This document shows, piece by piece, positions 50,934-63,488 of a DNA stretch of 64,000 nt. Numbering within the stretch: position 1 is the stretch's first letter; each line of letters opens with the position of its first letter. The stretch is from Macrostomum hystrix (lineage: Eukaryota; Animalia; Platyhelminthes), in contig CATNEN010000038.1 in the NCBI GenBank assembly GCA_950097015.1, positions 2,604,001 to 2,668,000 on the forward strand, given 5' to 3'. Under the pieces are notes generated by a model. The model was not told where the DNA came from, searched no databases, and was given only the letters and a program-made list of their open reading frames with translations. A program made the translations under genes and the position numbers.

Positions 50934-51029
50934 GTATTTGTTCCAGTATCTAGTACTTGGGACTTCAGTTGCAGCTTCGCTCCTTATGTGAATTCGGTCT
51001 TAGATCCTAGATTCTGGGATTCGAGTGTT

Positions 51030-52130
51030 ACCTTGAATCCCTTAAATCCTCGTTTTTGGAACTTGATTGTCACTTAAATCCCAAATCCTTAAAATTGGGA
51101 TTTAACTGTCAGTTGAATCCTAAAGATCCTCTATTTGGGGATTTAAGTCTCACTTGAATCCTAGAGATCCTTTATTTAGGGATTTAAGTCTCACTTGAAT
51201 CCTAGAGATCCTCTATTAAGGGATTTAAGTCTCACTTGAATCCTAGAGATCCTTTATTTAGGGATTTAAGTCTCACTTGAATCCTAAAGATCCTTTATTT
51301 AGGGATTTAAGTCTCACTTGAATCCTAGAGATCCTTTATTTAGGGATTTAAGTCTCACTTGAATCCTAGAGATCCTCTATTAAGGGATTTAAGTCTCACT
51401 TGAATCCTAAAGATCCTTTATTTAGGGATTTAAGTCTCACTTGAATCCTAGAGATCCTTTATTTAGGGATTTAAGTCTCACTTGAATCCTAGAGATCCTC
51501 TATTAAGGGATTTAAGTCTCACTTGAATCCTAGAGATCCTCTATTTAGGGATTTAAGTCTCACTTGAATCCTAGAGATCTTTTATTTAGGGATTTAAGTC
51601 TCACTTGAATCCTAAAGATCCTTTATTTAGGGATTTAAGTCTCACTTGAATCCTAGAGATCCTCTATTTAGGGATTTAAGTCTCACTTGAATCCTAGAGA
51701 TCTTTTATTTAGGGATTTAAGTCTCACTTGAATCCTAGAGATCCTCTATTAAGGGATTTAAGTCTCACTTGAATCCTAGAGATCCTCTATTTAGGGATTT
51801 AAGTCTCACTTGAATCCTAGAGATCTTTTATTTAGGGATTTAAGTCTCACTTGAATCCTAGAGATCCTCTATTAAGGGATTTAAGTCTCACTTGAATCCT
51901 AGAGATCCTCTATTTAGGGATTTAAGTTTCACTTGAATCCTAGAGATCCTTTATTTAGGGATTTAAGTCTCACTTGAATCCTAGAGATCCTCTATTAAGG
52001 GATTTAAGTCTCACTTGAATCCTAGAGATCCTCTATTTAGGGATTTAAGTCTCACTTGAATCCTAGAGATCCTCTATTAAGGGATTTAAGTCTCACTTGA
52101 ATCCTAGAGATCCTCTATTTTGGAATTTAA
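51030..52130. repeat. 41-bp minisatellite (GATTTAAGTCTCACTTGAATCCTAGAGATCCTTTATTTAGG)n
   Basis: ~25 units. Confidence 0.95.
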
Positions 52131-52426
52131 CTGTTGCTTCAATTTTAGAAATTTTCTATTTTAGGATTTCAGTTTTGCAAAAACTGTTAATCCTTTAACC
52201 CGTGGATTTCCTGTTACCGTCTATTTGAGCTCGTGTGAGCAAAGCACCTAATTCAATAAAATACGAGTATGTAAAGTGTCTTCTGTTACTATTATCTAAA
52301 AATATGTAAATAAAGAGTGTGGCAACTATTAACTTATATTTTCTACCTCCAAATGTGATTAAATAACTTAAAAGCGGTTATATGAGGCTTCAAACATTTT
52401 TAGTTGATAAAACTAGCTTTTACTCA

Positions 52427-52988
52427 TACACTGCTGCGATTCCAGCTATGAAATATACACTGCTGCGATTCCAGCTATGAAATATACACTGCTGCGATTC
52501 CAGCTATGACATATACACTGCTTCGATTCCAGCTATGAAATATACACTGCTGCGATTCCAGCTATGAAATATACACTGCTGCGATTCCAGCTATGAAATA
52601 TACACTGCTGCGATTCCAGCTATGACATATACACTGCTTCGATTCCAGCTATGAAATATACACTGCTGCGATTCCAGCTATGAAATATACACTGCTTCGA
52701 TTCCAGCTATGAAATATACACTGCTTCGATTCCAGCTATGAAATATACACTGCTGCGATTCCAGCTATGAAATATACACTGCTTCGATTCCAGCTATGAA
52801 ATATACACTGCTTCGATTCCAGCTATGAAATATACACTGCTGCGATTCCAGCTATGAAATATACACGTACTGCTGCGATTCCAGCTATGAAATATACACT
52901 GCTGCGATTCCAGCTATGAAATATACACTGCTGCGATTCCAGCTATGAAATATACACTGCTGCGATTCCAGCTATGAAATATACACTG
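52427..52988. repeat. 29-bp minisatellite (TACACTGCTGCGATTCCAGCTATGAAATA)n
   Basis: ~19 units. Confidence 0.95.
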
Positions 52989-53224
52989 TTTATGCAGTTC
53001 CAGCTGCCTAAGTAGGTCCTACTGCAAATCCGCAATCAGGCTATAAATAGAATGGCTAGATGGCTTAAAGCTGAAAATGGCAGTTCACGGTGGAAGAATG
53101 CCCGTGTGTCCATAGACAGTGGTCGGCAAGATAAGAACCCCAATTAAAAAAGTGATTATTTTATTATGGCGACTAAGAAGAAATCAAAGGCCTATCCCTG
53201 ATTTTGCGTTGCTAAGCAACTGGC

Positions 53225-56200
53225 ATGGATGCAATGGTGACTGCAGATAACGAGGAAAATAACTCCGACTCCAGCGCATCCTCGGTGGCCAGCAGCGACT
53301 GGCTTCAACTCGAGATGCTTCTGAATTTCTCGCCGAGGAAGCAGCAGCAGCAGCTGCAGTTTCCGGTTGCTGTTGAAAAAGATCCGACAGTGGCTAGTAG
53401 TCAAGTAGTCAAGACTGTCCAGAGACGGAAGAGCCTAGCTGGCCAAGCTGCCAGTGCCGATTCAGCTAATCAGGAATCGAGCCCTAAACGCGTGGACATC
53501 TCCGAGTACGTCCGGATACTTCAGAGGCTCAGGGGACGGCGAAACCTCCTGGGTATGGACCAACAGCAACAGCAGCGCCTCAAGGCTGCCCAGAAACGCC
53601 TGCGGCAGATACTTTCGGCCGCTGACGATGACGCCAGTGCGCAGTTGGAGGATGCCGACGCCGACAGTATTGAAGACGTCGACGAGGAATCTCCGACATC
53701 GAAGACGCTGCTCGACTGCAGTACGTGGAACTCCAACAGTCTGGTGGCTGCAGCCACGGCTCAGCAGAGACCGTAAGCGTCTTTGCCGAAACATTTTTGC
53801 TGACTTGTTAAGCGTCGAGCTTGTTGACTATCCAGAGCATGTATTCATCGAGCTTGGCAATAGTATCGATCGTGCTTGGCTTTAGTATCGATTGAGCTTA
53901 GCTAGAGTATCGATCGTGCTTGGCTATAGTATCGATCGAGCTTGGCTTTAGTATCGATCAAGCTTGGCTATAGTATCGATCAAGCTTGGCTTTAGTATCG
54001 ATCAAGCTTGGCTTCAGTATCGATCAAGCTTGGCTATCGTATCGATCGAGCTTGGCTTCAGTATCGATCGTGCTTGGCTATCGTATCGATCGAGCTTGGC
54101 TTCAGTATCGATCGTGCTTGGCTATCGTATCGATCGAGCTTGGCTTCAGTATCGATCAAGCTTGGCTATCGTATCGATCGAGCTTGGCTTCAGTATCGAT
54201 CGTGCTTGGCTATCGTATCGATCGAGCTTGGCTTCAGTATCGATCGTGCTTGGCTATCGTATCGATCGAGCTTGGCTTCAGTATCGATCGAGCTTGGCTT
54301 TAGTATCGATCGTGCTTGGCTTTAGTATCGATCGAGCTTGGCTTTAGTATCGATCGTGCTTGGCTATAGTATCGATCAAGCTTGGCTTTAGTATCGATCA
54401 AGCTTGGCTTCAGTATCGATCAAGCTTGGCTATCGTATTGATCGAGCTTGGCTTCAGTATCGATCGTGCTTGGCTATCGTATCGATCGAGCTTGGCTTCA
54501 GTATCGATCGTGCTTGGCTATCGTATCGATCAAGCTTGGCTTCAGTATCGATCGTGCTTGGCTATCGTATCGATCGAGCTTGGCTTCAGTATCGATCGTG
54601 CTTGGCTTTAGTATTGATCAAGCTTGGCTTTAGTATCAATCAAGCTTGGCTTTAGTATCGATCAAGCTTGGCTTCAGTATCGATCAAGCTTGGCTATAGT
54701 ATCGGTCAAGCTTGGCTTTAGTATTGATCGAGCTTGGCTTTAGTATCGATCGAGCTTGGCTTTAGTATCGATCGAGCTTGGCCATTGTATCGATCGAGCT
54801 TGGCTAGAGTATCGATGGAGCTTGGCAAATCGTTTTGTGTATTCTGTCGACACCAGAATGTCATGTTCCGATTTGTTTCGTAATGGCCACCTGTTCTTTT
54901 TTCTTCAGTTCGATTGAATCGATCGGCAAAACTGGCAAAGAGCACCTGAAAGAACATCTAAATAAAGAGGCTTCAAAAGCTTCTTCCGCAGTCAAAGATG
55001 AATCTCAGCGCGAAGTAGCGACCATCGATCAGGTAGCGATTGATTCTATCGCATTCGAACCGCAATCCAACCCCGAGGATCAGGGTGCACAAGCGCCAAT
55101 CGCCACGGGGGGATTGCTGCTTAGAGGGCGTGGCAACATGCAATCGACGATGTTGTCGCAGACTGACCTGCCTGTGGAGGTGCTGAGGCCTTCTAAAGCC
55201 AAAAAGAATCGGCGGAATCGGTCTCAGCAGCAAATTTCCAGTGGGATCATGGGGCCGAAAACTTCCCCAGGCCAGTCGCTGCCGCCCTCGGGCCTGCGGT
55301 CACACCTGGCCCTAGCCCCGCTGGTGTCGTGTCGCCTGTCCGAAATGGTGCTTTCGATGGCCTTCGACCCTGTTGGCCGCAGATTGATCTGCTTTCAGCC
55401 CAACCGCGGCATCTCCTTCAGGGCCATCACTGGCTCCGGAGACGACCTGGAATCGTGCGAGCAGCTCAACTGGCGCATCTGGGCCCGCAGTATCTCCGTC
55501 CTACCCTCCGGACACCTGCTTGTGGCCAATCCGGGCTTTCTTCAGGTAGATCGCTTTTGGGCTACAATACTCAAATTGTAACAATGCGACCTACGATTGG
55601 GGCCCGACATTGGAGTCGCAAAGTGGTGCGCTAACAGTAGATTGACCACGGGAATATGGACATTGTTTTCAGTATCTCCCAAAATATTCAACCAATCGCC
55701 AATAAGACCCAGACCTGGGCTAAAATTTTCCGTTCGGGCGGAATTTTCCGCTCTTCACATGAAACAACTTCCAGAATCACAAAACATCGGCGTCGTGAAG
55801 ATAATCAACGATTCTCGTCGAGGTGTCTGGTGGCAAAAACCACCAATGTAGGCATATTTTTTCTTACAAAATCCATCGTAAAACCATGTGTATTACTTGT
55901 ATATTGTTACGTTTTATATTTTTGGACCAATATGGATTAGCCATCGAGGTTAATACAGAGCAATGTTAGCTGTCCTTGTCACAGGGTCTTCGACTAGAAT
56001 CGCTGAGTATCTCGATGATTCTGACGTCTGAGAGCTTAGACAGCTAGTTTATCGTAAAGTGCGGAAAATTTCGATTGAACGGCTTTTACGAAAATCGGTC
56101 ATTTGTTTGGTGTCTATTATAGGGGGGGGTCGGTGGCAGAGCGGTTATCGCGTTTACCTCTCGCACCACGGTACCTAAGTTAAATTCCACGGCGAGGCCA

Positions 56201-57095
56201 CATTTATTTGGGGCGCAGCCGCGGAGAGAAGGCTTGGGGGCCTGTCGTGCAATTTACGCCCTTGAGGCGATTGGTTGAATATTTTAGGAGATACGGGAAA
56301 ATGAAAAATGTGGGTATTTGAAACATCTCCCCGTACAGCCGTACACAGCCTTCAGATGAGCCGTGCTACATCTGACCAAATCGGGGCAGGTGTTGATAAA
56401 TTAGCTATTCTTATTATTAAACACCCGTTGAAAAGTTAAACACCTTCACCTTCACCAAGGTGGTGCAGCCGGATGGCACTTGCTTAGCAATGAGCGAGCG
56501 GCGGTCCCTGATCGTTTCCATGACCGTCTACGACCGCCTGGTCATCGCCCTGACCTACGGCCTGATAGAAAAGAATGGTGTGAAGGAGCAGACCTACAGC
56601 ATGTTCGTGTACGAGCTGCCCAGGCTGACACCCAGGCACCGACATCCGCTCAACGGCATCCTGCCCGGCGGGCTGCGCTGCCCGGAGGCCATGTGTGCCC
56701 TGCGCGGCCTGGCTGTTGTGGACCAGATCCAGGACACGCTACGAACCATCGAGATTGACACCGGCCGACTGCGCCAGTCTGTCATGGTGTCCAACGTGAA
56801 CGGCCCGAAGCAGTTGGCAGCCTGCGATAGCCAGGGCCTGTTGTTCGTGTCTGTGATCAGCGACCGCAGCATAAATATCTTTCACATGTGCAACAACACG
56901 CTGGTGAAGGTTGGCACCTACCGTGATCCACTTATCCTGCCAGGCCCGATGGCTTGGGTCCCGGGAAATGGAATCCTGACCTGTGCCTGCAGCCTGGCAG
57001 GCGACCCGCGGCGGCACGAACTGCGCACCTTCAGACTGCACGACGCCAATCGGATGCCGAAGTCACCGAAGTCCATTCTCATCCATGCGGTGTGA
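53225..57095 (+). CDS. Uncharacterised protein: low-complexity/helical N-terminus, probable C-terminal beta-propeller (NHL/WD-like)
   Basis: Exons 53225-53772, 54909-55545, 56460-57095 join in frame; blade-like motifs SMAFDPVGRRLI, SISVLPSGHLLVA, GPKQLAACDSQGLLFVS, PGPMAWVPGNGIL. Confidence 0.65.
53845..54826. repeat. 22-bp minisatellite (AGTATCGATCGAGCTTGGCTTT)n
   Basis: ~44 CpG-rich units in the intron. Confidence 0.95.
56123..56400 (+). mobile_element. tRNA-derived SINE (family A head; family B-like tail)
   Basis: GGTGGCAGAGCGG head, GGGGCGCAGCCGCGGAGAGAAGGCTTGGGGGC body; GTACACAGCCTTCAGATG tail resembles 26910-26930. Confidence 0.65.
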
Positions 57096-57096
57096 T

Positions 57097-57810
57097 TGAC
57101 ACACCCCTTGTGACACACTCCAACCCACTGTGACACACTCCAACCCCCAGTGACACACTCAAACCACCTGTGACACATTCCAACCCCCTGTGACACACTC
57201 CAACCCCCGTGACACACTCCAACCCCCCGTGACACACTCCAACCCCCTGTGACACATTCCAACCCCCTGTGACACACTCCAACCCCCCGTGACACACTCC
57301 AACCCCCTGTGACACACTCCAACCCCCTGTGACACACTCCAACCCCCTGTGACACACTCCAACCCCCTGTGACATTCTCTAACCCCTTGTGACATACTCA
57401 ACCCCTTGTGACACACTCCAACCCCCTGTGACACACTCCAACCCCCTGTGACACACTCCAACCCCCTGTGACACATTCCAACCCCCTGTGACATTCTCTA
57501 ACCCCTTGTGACATACTCAACCCCTTGTGACACACTCCAACCCCCTGTGACACACTCCAACCCCCTGTGACACACTCCAACCCCCTGTGACACATTCCAA
57601 CCCCCTGTGACATTCTCTAACCCCTTGTGACACACTCCAAGCCCCTGTGACACACTCCAACCCCCTGTGACACACTCCAACCCCCTGTGACACACTCCAA
57701 CCCCCTGTGACACACTCCAACCCCCTGTGACATACTCCAACCCCCTGTGACACATTCCAACCCCCTGTGACACATTCCAACCCCTGTGACATTCTCCAAT
57801 CCCCTCCAAC
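57097..57810. repeat. 20-bp minisatellite (GACACACTCCAACCCCCTGT)n
   Basis: Starts immediately after the stop codon at 57095. Confidence 0.95.
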
Positions 57811-58044
57811 ACGTGCCTTAGAAGCATCAAGCAAGCAGCCGCGCCTCATAAACAACTATGAATATAATCAACTTGCAAGAACGCAGGGCAGCCATTGAAT
57901 GAAGAAATAATGTGATGACAAAAAAAATTTTTTTTTGCACTTATAATTCAATTTTTACCTTTAATTGCACTAAAAAGCTAAAACTAGTCTTTACCTATCT
58001 TTGTAGAATAAGGATCAATTCAGATAAGTTGATTGCAGATCGCT

Positions 58045-58250
58045 GGCTGGTTAAAGATCGGGAGTTCGATTCCATTTAACTCTGCATTGCGTCAGTCAAC
58101 TGCCATTAAATGGGTACCTTTTTATGGGTACAGCATTAGCTGGTACGAGTCGTATAACTGAGAGTGCGTTTGGCGCCTCCCTTCCAGTCCATGGACTGGA
58201 CAATTGAACGCAATTTTTTTAGATGTACGAGCGGCTGTGTTGTCGGACAA
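58045..58250 (+). mobile_element. Degenerate SINE family B copy
   Basis: GGGAGTTCGATTC, TTAACTCTGCATTGC, AAATGGGTAC, CCAGTCCATGGACTG, GCGGCTGTGTTGTCGG shared with the 26745 copy. Confidence 0.65.
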
Positions 58251-59039
58251 TGATACAAATAAAATAAGATCTATGGATAATATCAAGATTGATCTGCTTC
58301 ACTAGTTCTGTATTTGTAATCAGTTCGATCTGCCTGTTCACTGAAGCCAGTCAAGACAAAGAGGATTTCGCAAAGTTAGTTTTATAACGGCGTGGCAAAT
58401 CTATAATTTATCCCATTCCAGAACGGATTACGGTGGGAAGAACATTAGCAGCAGAATTATAAGTCTGGGCCTAGAACTTTTCTAATGCGCACTTTATAAA
58501 GTCAACTGACGAAGATTTTATCTGTCGATTTCGTCATAAAATCAACTTTATAAAGGCTTTTTAATGAACAGAAAGGCAGTCCACACTAGGCATTGTCTAA
58601 CATTTTCAGAACGTCCCTGGTTGTTTAGTGCTGATTTGTTAGACAGATAGGCGAGCTATATGACCAGAGAGTGCGTAGTAAGACCGACGGTCTGCCACGG
58701 AAATATAGTTTTATGCGCCATTCTTGCCGAACCGCCAGAGGTGGTGCCTTGATGCTCGAACCAAACGCCAGGCCGATGGCTCGTTGAACTGGCAGGAATT
58801 TCACTGAAAAGTCTGGGCGAGTTTCCAGGGCCCTGCTAGACCAGACCAGCGCATTGTGCGCTACCTGGACATTGCTCCGCGAACTTTCCGCGCTCCTACA
58901 ATCAGCTAGCTTACCTTCGCTAATTTCTAGGAGAAGAAAAAGGATTGGCCGAGGAAAAGTTCTTCACCAATGTGCCCTGCCCTGTTCATTGCAGAGGCGT
59001 TGCCGAATTCCCGACTGCGCTATCTAGTGCGGTGCGGTC

Positions 59040-59580
59040 CGATGGCACTCCCAAATCTCCCAAATCCCCTGTCACGTTCCCGAATCCATGATGTCGCTTC
59101 CAAATCCCAGATGGGACTCCCAAATCCCCGATGGGACTCCCAAATCCCCGATGGGACTCCCAAATCCACGATGGGACTCGCGAATTCCCGACGGCACTCC
59201 CAAATCCCCAATGGGACTCCCAAATCTCTTAAACCCCCGATGGCATTCCCAAATCCCCGACGGGACTCCCAAATGCCCAATGGGACTCCCAAATCTCTCA
59301 AATCCCCGATGGGATTCCCAAATCCCCGATGGGATTCCCAGATCCCAGATGGGACTCCCAAATCCCCGATGGGACTCCTAAATCCTCGATGAAACTCCCA
59401 AATCTTTGATGGGACTTCCAAATCTTCGATGGGACTCCCAAATCCCCAAAATCCGCGATGGGACTCCCAAATCTTTGATGGGACTTCCAAATCCTGGATG
59501 GGACACCCAAGTCCCCAATGGGACTCACAAATCTCCCAAATCCCCGATTGAGCTCCCAAATCCCATCCAAATCTCCCAAT
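59040..59580. repeat. ~20-bp degenerate minisatellite (CCCAAATCCCCGATGGGACT)n
   Basis: Tandem units; source of spurious ORFs 58970-59609. Confidence 0.88.
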
Positions 59581-59794
59581 CGAGAATCCAGGCTACGCCT
59601 CTCATCTAGGCGTAACTTTCAGAGTATTATGTGCTGAAAACGGTCAGTCAGCTGACAACTTCAAAGCTGATTTCTCGCGTATGCTTCAAAGCTCTAACAC
59701 TAGCTGATATGGCCGATGACTATCTAGAGTTTTTTCATAGCAGCGTCTACAGGCAGTAAAAAGCGTCGCGAATCTCATCGCACAGATCGTACAG

Positions 59795-62700
59795 TCAGAC
59801 TAATGCTTCGCCCTGTGCCACCGTCTGCGGATCTTCCGGCCGCTGGACAGGTCGAGAATCGCGGCGCAGACTCGGCTGTCTCTTGGTCTCTCTGGACCGC
59901 ATCGCCGTCAGGCAGATGAGCTCAACCAGCTCGAAGGCAACAGCCAGGGTGCATCCGATGGTCAGCGAGCCGAGGCCACCGATCCGAGCCAGCAGAGCCG
60001 GCAGGGTGATCTGCAGCACCTCCGTGCGCAGCAGGGTGTCGTAGGAGCTGCGGCTCACCGTTACCAGAGTCAGCTTCTCTAGCTGGAGCTCCTGTCGATT
60101 GTGCTGCGACTCGCTCGCGCCCGTCTGGGTGGCTGACGTGGAGTGAGATCTGGTGGATTGCAAAGGCACAGCCTGTTTTGTCATCAGCTTTTCTTTTGTT
60201 CTGCTGTACAGTTAAGGGAAAAGTAAAAACTACGAGAACATTTGTTGATCTGCGGCGTCGCTGAGGCCGCATTTCGTACTTGAATGGCTTTCCCACAGTC
60301 TAAAGCCTTTCCTTGTCGCCTGTCAAGGGCGGCGCTGTTCAAGACTGCAATTGAGACCGTCATGACCATTCAAACAGCTCACTGACTCATGCGAGCAGCA
60401 AGCGGACGTTTAAGATCAGATGACAGACGAGCGAGACAGTAGCGTCACCAAGTCACCGCCTTTTCGTGCCGGCCAAAACCACCAGCAGGCTGAATTATCC
60501 TCTCCGAGTCATTCTGCCCACAGCAGGCACCAGCAATCAGCCCGAACAAGTCCGAACTGGACGTCGTTTCGTCGAGACAGCGCGGCCTTTGTTCGAGCCC
60601 AAACTTTGAGACGGACCACGCAAATCATGCACACACTCAACACCCACCGCAGGCTCACCTGGTCGCGCCCGCATCAGCTTTTTTGTTCAAGAAGCTCTCC
60701 AATGTGCGATCAGCCGCCTCCCTGTGACTGTGACTGGCGTTCTCACGCTCCAGAACCTCCCAGGACTGCGTGACGTTCAAGGCCAGACGCAGCTGCGACG
60801 CGGACGGGAGCCACCTCGCTGAGCTGGCCTGAAGCTGGTAGCGGCTGTAGTTGCATCGCTGCGGGCAGTGCCGAGAGCGCAACTGCGCGATTCTGCTGGG
60901 CAGCCGGATGTCGCGGACGCAGTTCAGGCGATGACCAAGCTGACTGTCGTGCGTGTGACAGAACGGATGCGTGGCATTCGGTGGGCTGGCAACCAGGTGG
61001 AAGGCCGACACGCAGCCGCACTCGCTGAGGATGAGACTTCCGATGGCCTCGCTCATGCATCCGGTGAACGTGTACTGGTACGTCTGGTCGATGTCCCGCA
61101 ACTGCCTGTCAGGCGTGTCAGGGCTACAGCCCCCAGACATCTCCACGGCCTCCGTGTCGTCCGAGCTGCGACCGCCGACGCTAAGACGTCGCCGCTGGAT
61201 CAGGCGATAGCGCAGCTCCGAGTTCTGCTGAAGGCCGACGCTGACACCGTGCCGGTCAATATCCGGATGTGTCCCCGGCTCGTGCAGCGTCAACCGCATG
61301 CCTAGAGCTTGAGTGAACACGTCGTGCACGTGAGCCCGAGTGTTCGACGAACTCCGCCTGCCGTTGTACCCGGTCTCAGCAGCGCCGTCGGCATCTCCGT
61401 CGCTGTCAGACTCATCGTTGTGCGGCTTGAGAAAGTCGCCTGACTGCAGAACTAAAGAGACCGAGCTCACCTGTGGCGGGGGTATCGAATTGGGCTCCGG
61501 ATCATTGTGTAAATTATTAAGGGCATTGTGACAATTAAATGCATTTGCAATATAAATTTAATCTTCTCTGCAAGAGTCTGTGCTTACGCCTCTAAACGGA
61601 TCAACCTCAGACGAGCCAGAGGGTAAGAGATAAAAATGAGGGTTGAAAAAGACAGACCAAGAGTGAGCCAATCAGAGGCGAGAGAGAGAATAGAAAATGA
61701 AAGCTATCTAAGAAGTTAAACAGGGGGAGAGAGGAGCGGGTGCAGTGAGTAGGCGCGGGAAATCAATGCAACCCGTGGAGAGACAGTGGAGAAGTAATAA
61801 GGCACCAATGAAGGCTTAATGAAGGCACCAATTCTCGAGCTATCGTGTCTGCCTACCTGCGCTGAGTCATTTTCGTCGATTGTGATGTCATAGCAGTTGA
61901 GGTAGAGCGGATGGCGCACCAGACGCACCGACATTCGGCAGGTCTCGTCGTGGCTCACCGACGGATTGTTGTTCTTTGAATGGCTCATCAGGCAGAGCAG
62001 CACCATCTCAGCGGGTTGCATGCCGATGGATCTGGCTTCCTGAATTTCCAGGTTCTGGAAGTAGGTGGACAGCTTGTCCGCGAAGAACAGGTCCTTGGCG
62101 GCTGGCAGGTTGCCGGACTTGTAGGCTGCCAACATGCTGGCTCGGAGCTCCTGAATGGTTGGGAAGTTGATAATACAGGTTATAATTGGTAGTATCTAAG
62201 GGGCGGGTGAGTGGTAGAGCGATTAACGCGTCCGTCTCTCGCACCAAGGCCCTGTGAGTTCGATTCCGTGGCGAGGCCACATTCGATTGGGGCGCAGCCG
62301 CGGAGAGAAGGCTTGGGGGCTGGCCGTGCAATTTACGCTCTTGGGGACCAATTTCCCAAGGCCCAGTTGAGAGTGTACACTGCCTGACGATGAGAAAGTC
62401 AGGGCAGATGTACACACACACACTTGTGTGAGTGTCTGCGTACTATATCTCCGCTTTTGCCCATTTCGCTGACTCCTGAGCACACTTGCACACGGATACT
62501 GTACGCTGGCACACGCTCACACAGGTGTGTACATCTGCCCTGACTTTCTCATCGTCAAGCAGTGTACACTCTCACTGTGCCTTGGAGGGTGGCTATCAAT
62601 TGCGCGACAATCAAGGCATCCAAGCCTTCTCTCCGCTGCTGTGGCCGAAATAAATGTGAACTCGTTGCAAAATCGAGCTCACGGACCTTGGTGTGAGAAA

Positions 62701-63454
62701 CATAGGCGTTAGACCGCTCTGCCACTCACCACCTGAGTATTGAATGTATTAATTAGTACTTCTGGGAAAAGGGGAGCTTATTTCAGACTCGTTGAATAGT
62801 TTGATTATCGGAGAGCTGACAACATTGTTCATATTTCAGAAGGTTCCAATACCGACATATCTCAGGTGCAGAATATATTGTCAGGGGGATTCCCTACTGG
62901 TACCTCTACTGTTAATAGAACATTTGGGGGACACTTTGTACTTTAAAACGCAGCCGAGTATATGCTAATGGCATCATAGTCTGGAAGAAATATTCGAATA
63001 GATAAAGCCCAACGGACTCTGCTTCTGGGCGACGATTTTTATCTAGACCCTAACCCTAACCCTAACCCTAACCCTAACCCTACCCTTTCCCTAAGCCAAT
63101 CCCTACTCGTTGCTAATTTAATTGCATTACCTGGTTGAGCTGTCCGGGCGATTTCACCTGACCGGTGCGCCAGAGACCAGCTGCAGCCAAACCAATGGGT
63201 CCCTGGCTGCAGACACAAATTGCTGGTATCGGAGTCAGGTGCTGCACTCGCTCGCTCTCTTGTACAGTCACGTGATAGTCCAAGTATTCGAATACCAGAT
63301 AATAGGTGCTGCTGAGTAGTAGGGTTGCCATGGAGATTATGTAAACTAGCCATAGTAGACGCAGGCCGCTGACTGGCGAGTGGTAGCAGTTTCGGAAGCC
63401 GCGCATCGAGGTACGCTCGATAAAAGTCTCAAGACACAGTCTGAGTAGGCCCAT
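59795..63454 (-). CDS. DEG/ENaC (amiloride-sensitive, FaNaC-like) ion channel subunit
   Basis: Exons 63454-63131, 62150-61857, 61470-60659, 60149-59795; TM1 LRLLWLVYIISMATLLL..EYLDY, IPAICVC, HPLYLNCY, LTLHEPGTHP, YTFTGC..ECGC, CPQRC, TM2 LLARIGGLGSLTIGCTLAVAFELVEL. Confidence 0.85.
62201..62445 (+). mobile_element. tRNA-derived SINE family A, near full length
   Basis: A-box-like TGGTAGAGCG, B-box-like GAGTTCGATTCC, 3' hairpin CTGCCTGAC...GTCAGGGCAG, (CA)n tail. Confidence 0.8.
62495..62733 (-). mobile_element. SINE family A copy, inverted (tail-to-tail) relative to 62201-62445
   Basis: GTGTACATCTGCCCTGACTTTCTCATCGTCA...CCAAGCCTTCTCTCCGC...GCTCTGCCACTCACC. Confidence 0.78.
63048..63085. repeat. 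Interstitial telomere-like (CCCTAA)5
   Basis: Five perfect CCCTAA units in ENaC intron 1. Confidence 0.85.
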
Positions 63455-63460
63455 ACCTTA

Positions 63461-63488
63461 TGCTGCTGCTGCTGCTGCTGCTGCTGCT
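63461..63488. repeat. (TGC)9 microsatellite just upstream of the ENaC start codon
   Basis: TGCTGCTGC... directly visible. Confidence 0.85.

Noticed and set aside
58506-58536. CTGACGA-AGAT-TTT-ATCT as a third hammerhead
   Set aside because: Followed by GTCG rather than GAAA, with no stem I/III.
58660-59035. GC-richer stretch resembling coding sequence
   Set aside because: Stops in the frames examined and no recognisable protein motif.
62205-62270. tRNA genes at SINE heads (also 56130, 26750, 5690)
   Set aside because: A/B-box-like motifs only, no complete cloverleaf, attached to shared SINE bodies.
62380-62410. CTGACGATGAGAAAGTCAG as a hammerhead core
   Set aside because: No stem II/III arrangement; it is the loop of the SINE 3' hairpin.
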